DNA of 28,155 nt from Trueperaceae bacterium (lineage in GTDB: Bacteria > Deinococcota > Deinococci > Deinococcales > Trueperaceae), in the NCBI GenBank assembly GCA_035703635.1, contig DASSXV010000057.1, forward strand, positions 1 through 28,155. The letters run 5' to 3'. The notes beneath the pieces were generated by a model. That model did not search any database, had not been told where the DNA came from, and was given only the letters and a program-made list of their open reading frames with translations. Below are positions 9,298-18,604 of the stretch, piece by piece (the stretch's first letter is position 1; every line of letters begins with the position of its first letter). The position numbers and the translations under genes are program-made.

Positions 9298-10143
9298 ATG
9301 ACCGTCTTCGAAGCGCGCGTCGCGACGGAAGAGCGCCTAACGGCCGCTGCGGTACCCAGTCCCGCGGCCGACGCAGCTCAACTCCTCGAGGCGGCCCTCG
9401 GGTGCAGCCGCACTGAACTCCTCCTGGCAGGCAACAGGCGCCTCGACCGAAGCGAAGCCGAGCGGCTTGATGTGTTGGTCGCTAGGCGTGAGGCGCGGGA
9501 ACCGTTGCAGCACGTGGTCGGTTACGCGCACTTCTACGGACTGGAGCTGCAGGTCGACGGGCGCGTACTCGTGCCGCGGCCGGAGACGGAGCGCCTCGTC
9601 GAGCTCGTCCTTGCCGACCTGGAGGGGGCCTCTGCGCCTCAGCCGGTGGTGCTGGACGTCGGCGCTGGCAGCGGGGCGATAGCGCTGGCCGTCAAGAGCG
9701 AGCTGCCGGACGCGGAGGTATGGGGAGCCGACGTCTCGCCGGCGGCTCTCGCGGTGGCGAAGGCCAACGCCCTGCGGTTAGGCGCGGACGTGAAGTTCAT
9801 AGAATCCGACCTCCTCGCCGGCGAGGAAGCGCGAGTGGTGGCGCGGCGCGCGCGCGTGCTCGTCGCCAACCTGCCGTACTTACCAGACGCGGACGCCGCC
9901 CTGCTCGCACCAGAAGCCGCCGCCGACCCGACCACGGCGCTGTTCGGCGGGCCCGACGGCACCGCGCTCGCCGCCAGGCTCGTCGCTCAGGCGTGGGAAC
10001 TGCTCCCCGCAGGCGCGCTCCTCGCCCTGGAACTCGACCCACGAAACGTGCACCAGCTCGCGGCCAAGCTAGCGGGCTGGCAGGGGGTAGCAGTGCACCC
10101 CGACTTGGTGGGTCGATCCCGGTACCTGGTGGCATACAGATGA
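9298..10143 (+). CDS. prmC: Release factor glutamine N5-methyltransferase (HemK/PrmC)
   Basis: RREAREPLQHVVG, VLVPRPETE, LDVGAGSGAIA, ANLPY, ALFGGPDG. Confidence 0.92.
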   Translation: MTVFEARVATEERLTAAAVPSPAADAAQLLEAALGCSRTELLLAGNRRLDRSEAERLDVLVARREAREPLQHVVGYAHFYGLELQVDGRVLVPRPETERLVELVLADLEGASAPQPVVLDVGAGSGAIALAVKSELPDAEVWGADVSPAALAVAKANALRLGADVKFIESDLLAGEEARVVARRARVLVANLPYLPDADAALLAPEAAADPTTALFGGPDGTALAARLVAQAWELLPAGALLALELDPRNVHQLAAKLAGWQGVAVHPDLVGRSRYLVAYR

Positions 10144-11753
10144 CGGCGCACAAGGAGCGCGTTACCTTGTTTGGCGCCAGCGGGACCATGGGCTACCAAG
10201 CGTTCCTTGAGCTGCAGCGTCGCGCCGAGCGCTACGACGTCACCCTCCTGCTAGTGCCTGGCGACCGCCGTGCACGGAAGCTAGCGCCCTACCTCCAGGC
10301 TGCGGGCATCGACCCGAAAGTCGAGGCGGGCGTGGTCGAGGGACGTGGGTTGCGCGTGGTGTGGGGCGACGCGACCCGCCTGGACGACGTAGCTAGCGCG
10401 GTCGCTGGCAGCGACTGGGTGCTCAACGCCATGGCGTACATCTCACCGCAGGCGGACTACCGGCCAGCGCTGGCGTGGGCCGTCAACGACGCCGCGATAG
10501 GCAACGTGCTGACAGCCATAGCGGCGGAGCCGGGCGGCGCTGAGCGTATCTGCTATGTGCACACTGGCTCGGTGGCGCAGACGGGCAACCGCCCCGCCAG
10601 TGGCGTCGCTGGCGCACCTGGCACCTACGTCGGCCGCATCGGTGACCCTATGAACCCCTCCGTTTACGACGAGTACGCCCTCTCCAAGATCGCAGGTGAG
10701 CGGCGCGTGATGGAGTCGGGCTTGAAGCACTGGGTGTCGCTGCGCATGTCGTTCATCATGCCGTGCGACCACGCCGACCTGATGGCGCTCTTCGACCCGA
10801 TCGCGTTCCACATGCCGCTCGACACGCGCATGGAGAACATCACGGACCGCAACGCCGGGCTGGCAATGGTCAACTGCCTCGAGTTGCGCGATGACGCTAG
10901 CTTCTGGCGCCGCGCCTACAACGTTGGCGGCGGTGAGCAGATGCGCTCCAACGCCCGCGACTACCTGCGGAGCGCCTACTCGCTCATCGGGCTCGACGTT
11001 GGCGTGTGCATGGACGCCAACTGGTTCGCGCTGCGCAACTTCCACCTGCAGTACTTCGAGGACGCGGGCGTCACGAACTCCTACCTTCACTACCAGACGG
11101 ATGACAACGCCTCGCACCAGGCGGCGCTTGAAGGGAGCATGACGCCGCTGCTCAAGGGTGTGAGGTGGCTCAACCAGCGCGTTGCGCCCATGCGCCGGCT
11201 CATGGAGTGGGCCGTGCGGCTGACCTTCAAGCGCATGGCGGAACGCCACCGCAACAGTCCGAGGCGGTGGTACCTCGACAGGAACGACGCGCGGGTGAGG
11301 GCGTTCTTCGGGAGCTACGCGGCCTACGAAGCCATAGCGCCGGACGCGCTCGTGGTGGCGCCAGCCGCGGACGGGCCGTGGCGCCGCCTCAACCACGGTT
11401 ACGACGAGCAGGCAGTCGCCCTCGACCTGCCTGCGCTGCGGGCTGCGGCCGCCTTCCGCGGTGGGGCTTGCCTAGCTGCCGAGTGGGATGGTGAGTGGTA
11501 CGCGCAACTGAGCTGGCGCTGCTCGGCGGACCACGAGTTCGAGGCGCGCGTGGCAACGGTGCTGAGGGGTGGTCACTGGTGCCCCGACTGCCTCGCGACC
11601 TGGAACGGCGGCGAGCGCGCGCTGCGCGAGCCGTTCTTCGCTCAGGTGTGGCACGCCGATCATGACACGGCGGAAGTTCAGCCTTACCCAGCTAGTGGCG
11701 TCGAGGACGTGGCAGACGCTGACGTGTTGTGGCGCAAGCCAGGCCGCTCGTGA
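10140..11753 (+). CDS. NAD(P)-dependent epimerase/dehydratase (extended SDR) with C-terminal putative zinc-ribbon domain
   Basis: TLFGASGTMG Rossmann motif, VWGD, YALSK (YxxxK), YNVGGG; C-terminal WRC-x3-H...GHWCPDC. ATG 10140 overlaps the prmC stop (ATGA). 537 aa. Confidence 0.8.
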   Translation: MTAHKERVTLFGASGTMGYQAFLELQRRAERYDVTLLLVPGDRRARKLAPYLQAAGIDPKVEAGVVEGRGLRVVWGDATRLDDVASAVAGSDWVLNAMAYISPQADYRPALAWAVNDAAIGNVLTAIAAEPGGAERICYVHTGSVAQTGNRPASGVAGAPGTYVGRIGDPMNPSVYDEYALSKIAGERRVMESGLKHWVSLRMSFIMPCDHADLMALFDPIAFHMPLDTRMENITDRNAGLAMVNCLELRDDASFWRRAYNVGGGEQMRSNARDYLRSAYSLIGLDVGVCMDANWFALRNFHLQYFEDAGVTNSYLHYQTDDNASHQAALEGSMTPLLKGVRWLNQRVAPMRRLMEWAVRLTFKRMAERHRNSPRRWYLDRNDARVRAFFGSYAAYEAIAPDALVVAPAADGPWRRLNHGYDEQAVALDLPALRAAAAFRGGACLAAEWDGEWYAQLSWRCSADHEFEARVATVLRGGHWCPDCLATWNGGERALREPFFAQVWHADHDTAEVQPYPASGVEDVADADVLWRKPGRS

Positions 11754-11768
11754 GGGGCGCGGACTAAG

Positions 11769-12353
11769 CTAGTGCCCGTCCGTCGGGCGGCCGCCGAGCG
11801 GCGGTGGCTCAGGAACGTCGTCGAGCTTATGGTTCCTCGGGAGCGGCGCGCGCTTCACGTGAGCGTCGCCTTCCTCACCGGAGCTGGTTAGGCTGGCGAG
11901 CACCAACAGGCCAGCGCCGATGACGACGCAGGCGTCGGCAACGTTGAAGACGGGGAAGTCGAAGCTGCCTACCTTGAAGTGCACGAAGTCGATGACGTAA
12001 CCGAGGCGGAAGCGGTCGATCATGTTGCCGGCCGCGCCAGCCAACACTAGCGCGGTGGCGAGCGCAGGGAGCAGCGTCAAGCGTTTCCGGTTGCGCACGA
12101 GGTAGTAGACGAGGCCAACCGATACGGCGGCGGAGAGCAGGCCGAGGAGAACGGTGCCATCGATCGTCACGCCAGCCACCGTGAGTTCGAGGTCGCGCAA
12201 GATGCCGAACGCGGCGCCGCCATTGCGGGTGTGCGTGATGCCGAACCCGAGGAGGAGCGGGATCTCTGTGCCGTCACGCGGGAGGTTGGCCACCACCCAG
12301 GCCTTACTCAACTGATCGAGGGCCACCAGCGCGGCGGCGAGAAATAGCATCAC
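11769..12353 (-). CDS. lspA: Lipoprotein signal peptidase II
   Basis: DQLSK, NGGAAFG, GNMIDR, VIDF, FNVAD motifs. Start GTG 12353 (or ATG 12350). Confidence 0.95.
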   Translation of the reverse strand: MMLFLAAALVALDQLSKAWVVANLPRDGTEIPLLLGFGITHTRNGGAAFGILRDLELTVAGVTIDGTVLLGLLSAAVSVGLVYYLVRNRKRLTLLPALATALVLAGAAGNMIDRFRLGYVIDFVHFKVGSFDFPVFNVADACVVIGAGLLVLASLTSSGEEGDAHVKRAPLPRNHKLDDVPEPPPLGGRPTDGH

Positions 12354-12359
12354 GGGCGC

Positions 12360-12365
12360 AGTATA
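12360..12365 (-). promoter_or_regulatory. -10 element TATACT, putative leaderless promoter of lspA
   Basis: TATACT 6 nt upstream of GTG 12353; no SD sequence. Confidence 0.65.
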
Positions 12366-12461
12366 AGCCGGGCTATACCCGCACCAGGGTCGCGACGCGT
12401 GAGAGACGCCGGTTGTTCCCTCCACCGCCCCCGTGGCGCGGAATACGGTCCCGCCGGGCGG

Positions 12462-12467
12462 TATCTT
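12462..12467 (+). promoter_or_regulatory. -10 element TATCTT upstream of the glutamate dehydrogenase gene
   Basis: TATCTT 8 nt upstream of in-frame ATG 12476. Confidence 0.45.
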
Positions 12468-12475
12468 GTGCCGTA

Positions 12476-15400
12476 ATGAACGACTACTACGGGCCTCCGG
12501 CACTGACGGTCACGCCCGCGGAAGGCAGCGTAAGCATGGCGGTGAAAGTGAACGACTACCTAGACACCTTGGACGGCGCCGACCCGCGCCTGAGGCGCTT
12601 CGCGGAGGCCCTCTACGAGAAGGCGGACGAGTCCGTGCTAGCTGGGCGCAGCCCAGAGTGGCTAACGGCGCTGGCGAGCAGCGGCCTCCACTTCTTGGAG
12701 GAACTCGGCAACGACCAACTCAGCGTAGCTGCCTTCGAACCGACGCACGAGGTCAACGGCTGGGACTCACCGAACGCCGTCCTGATGCTGGCGCTCAAGG
12801 ACAGGCCGTTCATCGTCGACTCCGTGCAGGCAGAACTGCGCCGCCAACGGCTCGTGATCGTCGACCACCTGCACCCGACCATCCCCGTGACGCGTGACGC
12901 GGCTGGCGCCGTCGTCTCGCTCGGGGACGAGGGGGCGCCCCGTGAAGCGTTCGAGGTCTTCTTCCTAGTCAGGCCAGCCGACCCCGCAGCCTTGACCGCC
13001 GCCGCCGCTGGCGTACGCCGCGTGCTTGGCGACGTCATCCTCGCAACCGACGATTACCGCGCCATGCTCGGGCGGGCGCGCGAGGCGGCCGGGTACTTGC
13101 GTGGCCTCGACTCGCGAACCAGCTCGCATATCGAAGGCGTCAACTCGGCAGAGATCAAGGAGGACGCTGACTTCCTCGAGTGGCTCGAGGATGACAACTT
13201 CGTGTTCCTCGGTTACCGCGAGTACGACGTCGTAGACGTAGCGGGCAAGCCGGCGCTCGGGTTGGCGGAGGGAAGCGGGCTCGGCGTGCTCAGCAAGGTC
13301 GCGGGCAGCGCCTACCGTCAACCGGTGCCACTTGCGGAGCTACCGGCGGCTCTCAGCGAGCGCGTTACGGGCGGGCGGCTCTTCCTCGTCACCAAGGCCA
13401 ACTCCGAGGCAACGGTGCACCGGGCGAGGCGCATGGACTACATCGGCATCAAGAAGCTCGACGCCACCGGGCAATCGGTTGGCGAGCGGCGTTTCGTTGG
13501 GCTCTTCACGACCAAGGGCCTCGCCGCGCCAGTGGAAGACGTACCCATCCTGCGCAGCAAACTCAAGCAAGTGCTGGAGCGCGAGCAGGCCATCCCTGGG
13601 TCTCACGATTACAAGGCCATCGTCGCGGCGTTCAACGGCATGCCGCGCGAGGAACTCTTCTGGATGGACGTCGAGCAGATCCACGCGGACGTGCGCACGG
13701 TCATGCGGCTCGGTCAGGAACCCGTCGCGCGCCTCACGCTTCACGACGACCCCCTCGGCCGCGGACTGGCCGCCATGGTCGTCATGCCGCACGAGAGCTT
13801 CTCAGACGATGTGCGGCGCAGCGTTCAGGCCTACCTCACCTCGGCGCTGGCGGCGCGCCGCGTGGACTCGCGGCTGGCGCTTGGGGAGGACGAAGGGCAC
13901 GCGCGCTTCCACTTCTTCTTCGTTACTGACAAGCGTTTAGCGGACGTCGACCTAGCCGCCCTCGAACGCCAAGTGCAGCTCCTCGCCCGCAGTTGGCAGG
14001 ACGCGCTGCGTGAACGCCTCGTCGCCGAGCATGGCGAGCAAGACGGCCTGCGTCTCGCCAACCGTTACCTAGCAAGCTTCGACGAGCGCTTCCGCGCGAC
14101 GGTCAGCCCCGAACAGGCAGCACGAGACGTCGCGCACCTCGAGCAACTGGACGCCATGCCGCGCGTCGTCGACATGAGCCCGGCGGCCCCCGACGCCCAG
14201 GACGGCGCGCAGGCGCTGCTACGCGTTTACTACCGCGGGCGGGGCATGGCGTTGTCAGACGTGCTCCCTGTTCTCGAGAACGTCGGCCTCCGGGTCATCG
14301 AGCAGTACCCATACCTCATCACCGTCGAGGGCGAGCAGTGCGGCGTCGACGTGTACACGGTCGCGAACGCGGCCGGCGGAGCGCTGGACGTCGACGCCAA
14401 CCGGGCGCGCATGGTCGAGGGCCTCGAGGGGCTCCTCGCCCAGGCCGCCGAGAACGACCGCCTCAACCGACTCGTGCTGCACGCAGGGCTGACCATCCGC
14501 CAAGTCGCGCTGCTGCGCGCGTACCAGATGTACTACGCCCAAGTGAACGCCGTCACAAGCCGCAACTTCGTCACGGCAGCACTCCTCGCGAACCCGAGGC
14601 TCGCTGCGCTGCTAGTCAAGTACTTCGAAGCCCGCTTCGACCCGCTGTCGGGCGAGGGCGCGCACTCACCGACTCGAGCTCGAGCGCTGGAGAGCGCGCA
14701 CCAGGCAGTGATAGACGCGCTCGCCACCGTCTCCTCCCTAGCGGAGGACGGCGTGCTACGCGGCTTGCTCGACCTCATGGCCGCCAGCGTGCGCACCAAC
14801 TACTTCCTCGACCTTGAGCGCATCAGCTTCAAGCTCGACTCAGGCAAGGTCGGCAGCATGCCGGAGCCGCGGCCACTCTTCGAGATCGCCGTCTCCGCTC
14901 CGCTCGTAGAGGGAGCGCACCTGCGCGGCGGCAAGGTCGCCCGCGGCGGCATCCGCTGGTCAGACCGCCCGGACGACTTCCGCACCGAGGTCCTCGGGCT
15001 GCTCAAGACACAGACGACCAAGAACGCCGTCATCGTGCCGGTCGGCTCCAAGGGCGGCTTCGTCATCAAGGGCGCACCCAGCGACCGCGACCAACTGCGC
15101 GACTACGTGCGCACGCAGTACCAGACGTACATCCGCGGGCTGTTGGACCTCACGGACAACCTCGTGGACGGCCAGCTCGTGCAACCTGCTGGTCTGGTCA
15201 TCTACGACGAGGCCGACCCGTACCTAGTGGTAGCTGCTGACAAGGGCACGGCTACTTTCTCCGACTTGGCCAACGCTACGGCCGCCGAGTACGGTTACTG
15301 GCTCGGCGACGCCTTCGCGTCAGGCGGCAGCGCGGGCTACGACCACAAGGGCATGGGCATCACCGCCCGTGGCGCATGGGAGGCCGTGAAGCGCCACTTC

Positions 15401-17356
15401 GCCGAGATAGGCCTCGACGCCTTCCGCGACACCTTCACCGTGGCCGGCCTCGGCGACATGTCGGGCGACGTGTTCGGCAACGGCATGCTCTACACCGACC
15501 GCATCAGGCTGCAGGCGGCCTTCAATCACATGCATGTGTTCCTGGACCCGGACCCCGAACCCGTCTCGAGCTTCGCGGAGCGCAAGCGACTATTCAACCT
15601 CCCGCGCTCGACGTGGGCGGACTACGACGCCAGCAAGATCAGCCGCGGCGGCGGGGTGTTCGAGCGCTCGGCCAAGTCGATACCCCTGTCACCCGAGGTG
15701 CGGGCCATGCTCGGCGTCGACGACGAAGCGCTTAGCGGCCAGGACCTCATCAAAGCCGTGCTGCGCATGGAAGTCGACCTCCTGTGGAACGGCGGCATCG
15801 GCACCTACGTGAAGTCGACCACAGAACGCAACGCCGAGGTCGGCGACTCAGCCAACGACGGCGTGCGGGTGGACGGCGCCGAGCTGCGGGCAACGGTCGT
15901 AGGCGAGGGCGGCAACCTCGGCTTCACGCAGCTTGGCCGCATCGAGTACGCGCTCGCTGGCGGCCGCATCGACACCGACGCCATCGACAACAGCGCCGGG
16001 GTAGACACCTCCGACCACGAGGTGAACATCAAGATCCTCTTCCAACCCCTCGTGGCAAGCGGCAGGGTAACGCTCCCAGAGCGAGATGAGCTCCTCAAGT
16101 CCATGACGCCGGAGGTAGCCGACCTCGTCCTGCGCCATAACCAAGCGCAGGCCCTGGCGCTTAGCCTCGCTCAGCGCGCCAGCCGCGACGACCTCGGCCT
16201 CTACGCTTCCCTGCTCGATTACCTCGTCGAGGCCGCTGGCCTCAACCCGCGCGTCGAGAACCTCCCAGGCCCACGCCAGATAGACGAGCGCAGGCGTGCC
16301 GGGCTCGGCCTCACCCGCCCAGAACTCGCCATCATGCTCGCGTACGTGAAGATGGGCCTCTACCGCCGCCTGTTAGAGACCGACCTGCCGTTAGAGCCGC
16401 ACATGCAGCACTACCTCCTCGAGTACTTCCCCAAGGCCTTACAGGAACGCTTCCCGGCCGCCATCAGCGAGCACAGACTGCACCGCGAGATCGTCGCCAC
16501 CGTCATAACGAACACGCTGGTAGACCAGTTGGGCATCGCGTTCGTGCACAGGGCAACACGGCAGAACGGCGCGACGCCGATCGAGGTCGTGCGCGCAACG
16601 CTCATCGCCCTCGAGCTTCTCGACGCGAAGAGCGTGCGTGAGCACCTCGACGCCCGCGCGAACTCCATCCCAACCGACGCTTACTACGCTGCCATCGAGC
16701 AGCTCGTCGGCGCCGTCGAGGGCCTAGTCGCGTGGGTGCTCTTCAACGACGTCGGGCATGGTGACTTCGAGGCCGTGGTGAGCGCCTACCGCACCCCACT
16801 TCATGAGCTGCGCAGCACGCTAGAGAACTACCTCCCGGACAGCGAACGGGAGCGCTTCGAGTCCGCCGTTGCCGACCTAGAGGAACTCGGCTTCGAGCAC
16901 GAGGACGCCGTACAGGTGTCCAGCTTCGACTACTTGGCAGACAGCGTCGGCATCATCGACGTCGCCCGCCAGGTCGGGGCGCCCCTCGATCACGTCGCGG
17001 AGCGCTACTACCGCGTCGGCGAGCGCCTCCAACTCACGTCGCTGCGCGACGTCATAGAGTCGTTGCCCAGCTCCGGTCAGTGGGAGGAGGTAGCGCTCGT
17101 CGGGCTGGTCATGGACTTGCGTTCCGTGCAGCGCGGCCTGACCGCTACCTACCTCGCCTCGAAGCCGGATGAGGCGGACGGGGTGCCTGCAGCCTTGGAC
17201 GAGTTCCTCAAGACAGCGGGTGGGTTCAAGCGCTACGACCTCGCCCTCAGCCAACTCCAGGAGCCCGGCGTACTCGACCTTGCCTCTGGCTCCGTGCTCG
17301 TGCGCATCTTGGAGCAGGCGCGCACCACCGCTCACGGCGCGGCCCAAGAGAGCTAA
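12476..17356 (+). CDS. Large-form (~1600 aa) NAD-specific glutamate dehydrogenase
   Basis: DRPFIVDSV, GGKVARGGIRWSDR, KNAVIVPVGSKGGF, DPYLVVAADKGTATFSD, GYDHKGMGITARGAW, GDMSGDVFGNGM, EGGNLG, DNSAGVDTSDHEVNIK. Start ATG 12476, or ATG 12536 (GGAAGG upstream). Confidence 0.95.
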   Translation: MNDYYGPPALTVTPAEGSVSMAVKVNDYLDTLDGADPRLRRFAEALYEKADESVLAGRSPEWLTALASSGLHFLEELGNDQLSVAAFEPTHEVNGWDSPNAVLMLALKDRPFIVDSVQAELRRQRLVIVDHLHPTIPVTRDAAGAVVSLGDEGAPREAFEVFFLVRPADPAALTAAAAGVRRVLGDVILATDDYRAMLGRAREAAGYLRGLDSRTSSHIEGVNSAEIKEDADFLEWLEDDNFVFLGYREYDVVDVAGKPALGLAEGSGLGVLSKVAGSAYRQPVPLAELPAALSERVTGGRLFLVTKANSEATVHRARRMDYIGIKKLDATGQSVGERRFVGLFTTKGLAAPVEDVPILRSKLKQVLEREQAIPGSHDYKAIVAAFNGMPREELFWMDVEQIHADVRTVMRLGQEPVARLTLHDDPLGRGLAAMVVMPHESFSDDVRRSVQAYLTSALAARRVDSRLALGEDEGHARFHFFFVTDKRLADVDLAALERQVQLLARSWQDALRERLVAEHGEQDGLRLANRYLASFDERFRATVSPEQAARDVAHLEQLDAMPRVVDMSPAAPDAQDGAQALLRVYYRGRGMALSDVLPVLENVGLRVIEQYPYLITVEGEQCGVDVYTVANAAGGALDVDANRARMVEGLEGLLAQAAENDRLNRLVLHAGLTIRQVALLRAYQMYYAQVNAVTSRNFVTAALLANPRLAALLVKYFEARFDPLSGEGAHSPTRARALESAHQAVIDALATVSSLAEDGVLRGLLDLMAASVRTNYFLDLERISFKLDSGKVGSMPEPRPLFEIAVSAPLVEGAHLRGGKVARGGIRWSDRPDDFRTEVLGLLKTQTTKNAVIVPVGSKGGFVIKGAPSDRDQLRDYVRTQYQTYIRGLLDLTDNLVDGQLVQPAGLVIYDEADPYLVVAADKGTATFSDLANATAAEYGYWLGDAFASGGSAGYDHKGMGITARGAWEAVKRHFAEIGLDAFRDTFTVAGLGDMSGDVFGNGMLYTDRIRLQAAFNHMHVFLDPDPEPVSSFAERKRLFNLPRSTWADYDASKISRGGGVFERSAKSIPLSPEVRAMLGVDDEALSGQDLIKAVLRMEVDLLWNGGIGTYVKSTTERNAEVGDSANDGVRVDGAELRATVVGEGGNLGFTQLGRIEYALAGGRIDTDAIDNSAGVDTSDHEVNIKILFQPLVASGRVTLPERDELLKSMTPEVADLVLRHNQAQALALSLAQRASRDDLGLYASLLDYLVEAAGLNPRVENLPGPRQIDERRRAGLGLTRPELAIMLAYVKMGLYRRLLETDLPLEPHMQHYLLEYFPKALQERFPAAISEHRLHREIVATVITNTLVDQLGIAFVHRATRQNGATPIEVVRATLIALELLDAKSVREHLDARANSIPTDAYYAAIEQLVGAVEGLVAWVLFNDVGHGDFEAVVSAYRTPLHELRSTLENYLPDSERERFESAVADLEELGFEHEDAVQVSSFDYLADSVGIIDVARQVGAPLDHVAERYYRVGERLQLTSLRDVIESLPSSGQWEEVALVGLVMDLRSVQRGLTATYLASKPDEADGVPAALDEFLKTAGGFKRYDLALSQLQEPGVLDLASGSVLVRILEQARTTAHGAAQES

Positions 17357-18483
17357 GGGGCCACGCTAGCCACGGACGCCCTGCTGCCAACGAAAGCGCG
17401 CAGCAGGGCGTCGAGGCGTTCGAGCCCGACGGGCGTGGCGCGTAGGCGCCCGCTAGCTAGGGTGAGGAGCCCGTGGTGGGTGACGTCGTGCAGCCAGGCA
17501 GGAGCGAGCGCCTGTAGGTCAGCGCCGACGCGCTCCTCGATGGCCGTCAGATCGACGCCCTCCCGCGTTCGCAGTCCCGTCATGAGGCGCTCGAGCACGT
17601 AGTCGTCAGGGCCGACGACTTCCAGTTCGGGCGGCGCGCCAAGCAGCCAGTCCTTGATCGGCGGGTTCTTGCTGCGCCTGCCGAAGCCGCCATCTGGCAA
17701 GTAGGCGGCCGCCGAGGGTCCTAGCGCCAAGTACGGTTCGCCGCGCCAGTACACGAGGTTGTGGCGCGACTCCTCGCCCGGCAGCGCGAAGTTGCTTACC
17801 TCATAACGTTGTAGCCCGTACTCGGCCAGCACCCTGCCAGCCAACTCGAAGGCGTCCGCGTCCGCCTCCGGGTCAACGCGCACCCCACGGCGCGCGAAGG
17901 GCGTACCATCCTCGATAGTGAGGCTATAGACGCTCACGTGGCGCGCACCGAGGTCCATGACGCGCCGCAAGTCTGACTCGAGGTCTTGGCCAGGAACGGC
18001 CATGATCACGTCGACGTTCACGCGCAGGCCAGCCGTCAACGCCTGCGCGACGGCCGTCAGCCCTTGGCGCGCATCGTGAACGCGTCCCAAGAACTGCAGC
18101 GTGACGTCGTCGGCTGACTGTAGTCCGATCGACAAGCGCGTGACTCCGTTAGCCAAGAACCGTTCGAGGCGAAACTCGTCGAAGGTGAGGGGGTCGGCTT
18201 CTAGGGTCGTTTCGAGGCTGCCGGCGTCGGCGCCCCAACCCTCGTGCAGGGCGGTGAACACGCGCCCTAGTTCCTCATCCGTGAGGTGCGATGGGGTGCC
18301 GCCGCCGAAGTAGATGGTGTCTAGCTTGCCTGGGTAGGCGGCGGCGAGTTCGGCGGCTTCTAGCTCGAGCCGGTCGAGGTAGCGCGCCACCAGGCCCTCG
18401 CTCCTCAGCATCTTGTGGAAGTCGCAGTATGGGCAGATGCTCGGGCAGAACGGGACGTGCAGGTAGAGGGCTGAGACGGTCAC
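17353..18483 (-). CDS. hemW: Radical SAM heme chaperone HemW (HemN-like)
   Basis: LYLHVPFCPSICPYCDF (CxxxCxxC), TIYFGGGTPS, RLSIGLQS, YEVSNFA, HNLVYW. Confidence 0.9.
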   Translation of the reverse strand: MTVSALYLHVPFCPSICPYCDFHKMLRSEGLVARYLDRLELEAAELAAAYPGKLDTIYFGGGTPSHLTDEELGRVFTALHEGWGADAGSLETTLEADPLTFDEFRLERFLANGVTRLSIGLQSADDVTLQFLGRVHDARQGLTAVAQALTAGLRVNVDVIMAVPGQDLESDLRRVMDLGARHVSVYSLTIEDGTPFARRGVRVDPEADADAFELAGRVLAEYGLQRYEVSNFALPGEESRHNLVYWRGEPYLALGPSAAAYLPDGGFGRRSKNPPIKDWLLGAPPELEVVGPDDYVLERLMTGLRTREGVDLTAIEERVGADLQALAPAWLHDVTHHGLLTLASGRLRATPVGLERLDALLRAFVGSRASVASVAP

Positions 18484-18489
18484 TAGCTC

Positions 18490-18495
18490 AGGCTA
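18490..18495 (-). promoter_or_regulatory. -10 element TAGCCT, putative leaderless promoter of hemW
   Basis: TAGCCT 6 nt upstream of GTG 18483; no SD sequence. Confidence 0.55.
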
Positions 18496-18549
18496 CGTCA
18501 CCCGCAGCGGCGCGCGGGGTTCGTGCGGTACGGGCGGCGCGTGATGAAC

Positions 18550-18589
18550 AGGCCGTGGGCGGCGTCGATGCTGACGCCGCCCACGGCCT
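18550..18589 (-). terminator. Perfect 17-bp hairpin after the ABC binding-protein gene (terminator or 3' stabiliser)
   Basis: AGGCCGTGGGCGGCGTC[GATGCT]GACGCCGCCCACGGCCT, 15 nt after the stop; only GTTC follows on the minus strand (weak U-tract). Confidence 0.75.
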
Positions 18590-18604
18590 CGAACGTCCTC
18601 CGCG

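Noticed and set aside
9720..10139. 140-aa N-terminal extension of the SDR ORF in the ORF track
   Set aside because: Arg-rich off-frame read of prmC. The real start is the ATGA-coupled ATG at 10140, just before the Rossmann motif.
10443..11396. 317-aa antisense ORF, and similar long alternative-frame ORFs (570-1163, 7213-8001, 19951-20769, 21482-22267, 25794-26549)
   Set aside because: They lie wholly over well-supported genes, have Arg/Pro/Gly/His-rich or antisense-typical composition and lack domain motifs. High GC gives few stop codons.
17353..17356. 4-bp overlap of convergent gdh and hemW stop codons
   Set aside because: Common stop-codon overlap in compact genomes; no further signal.
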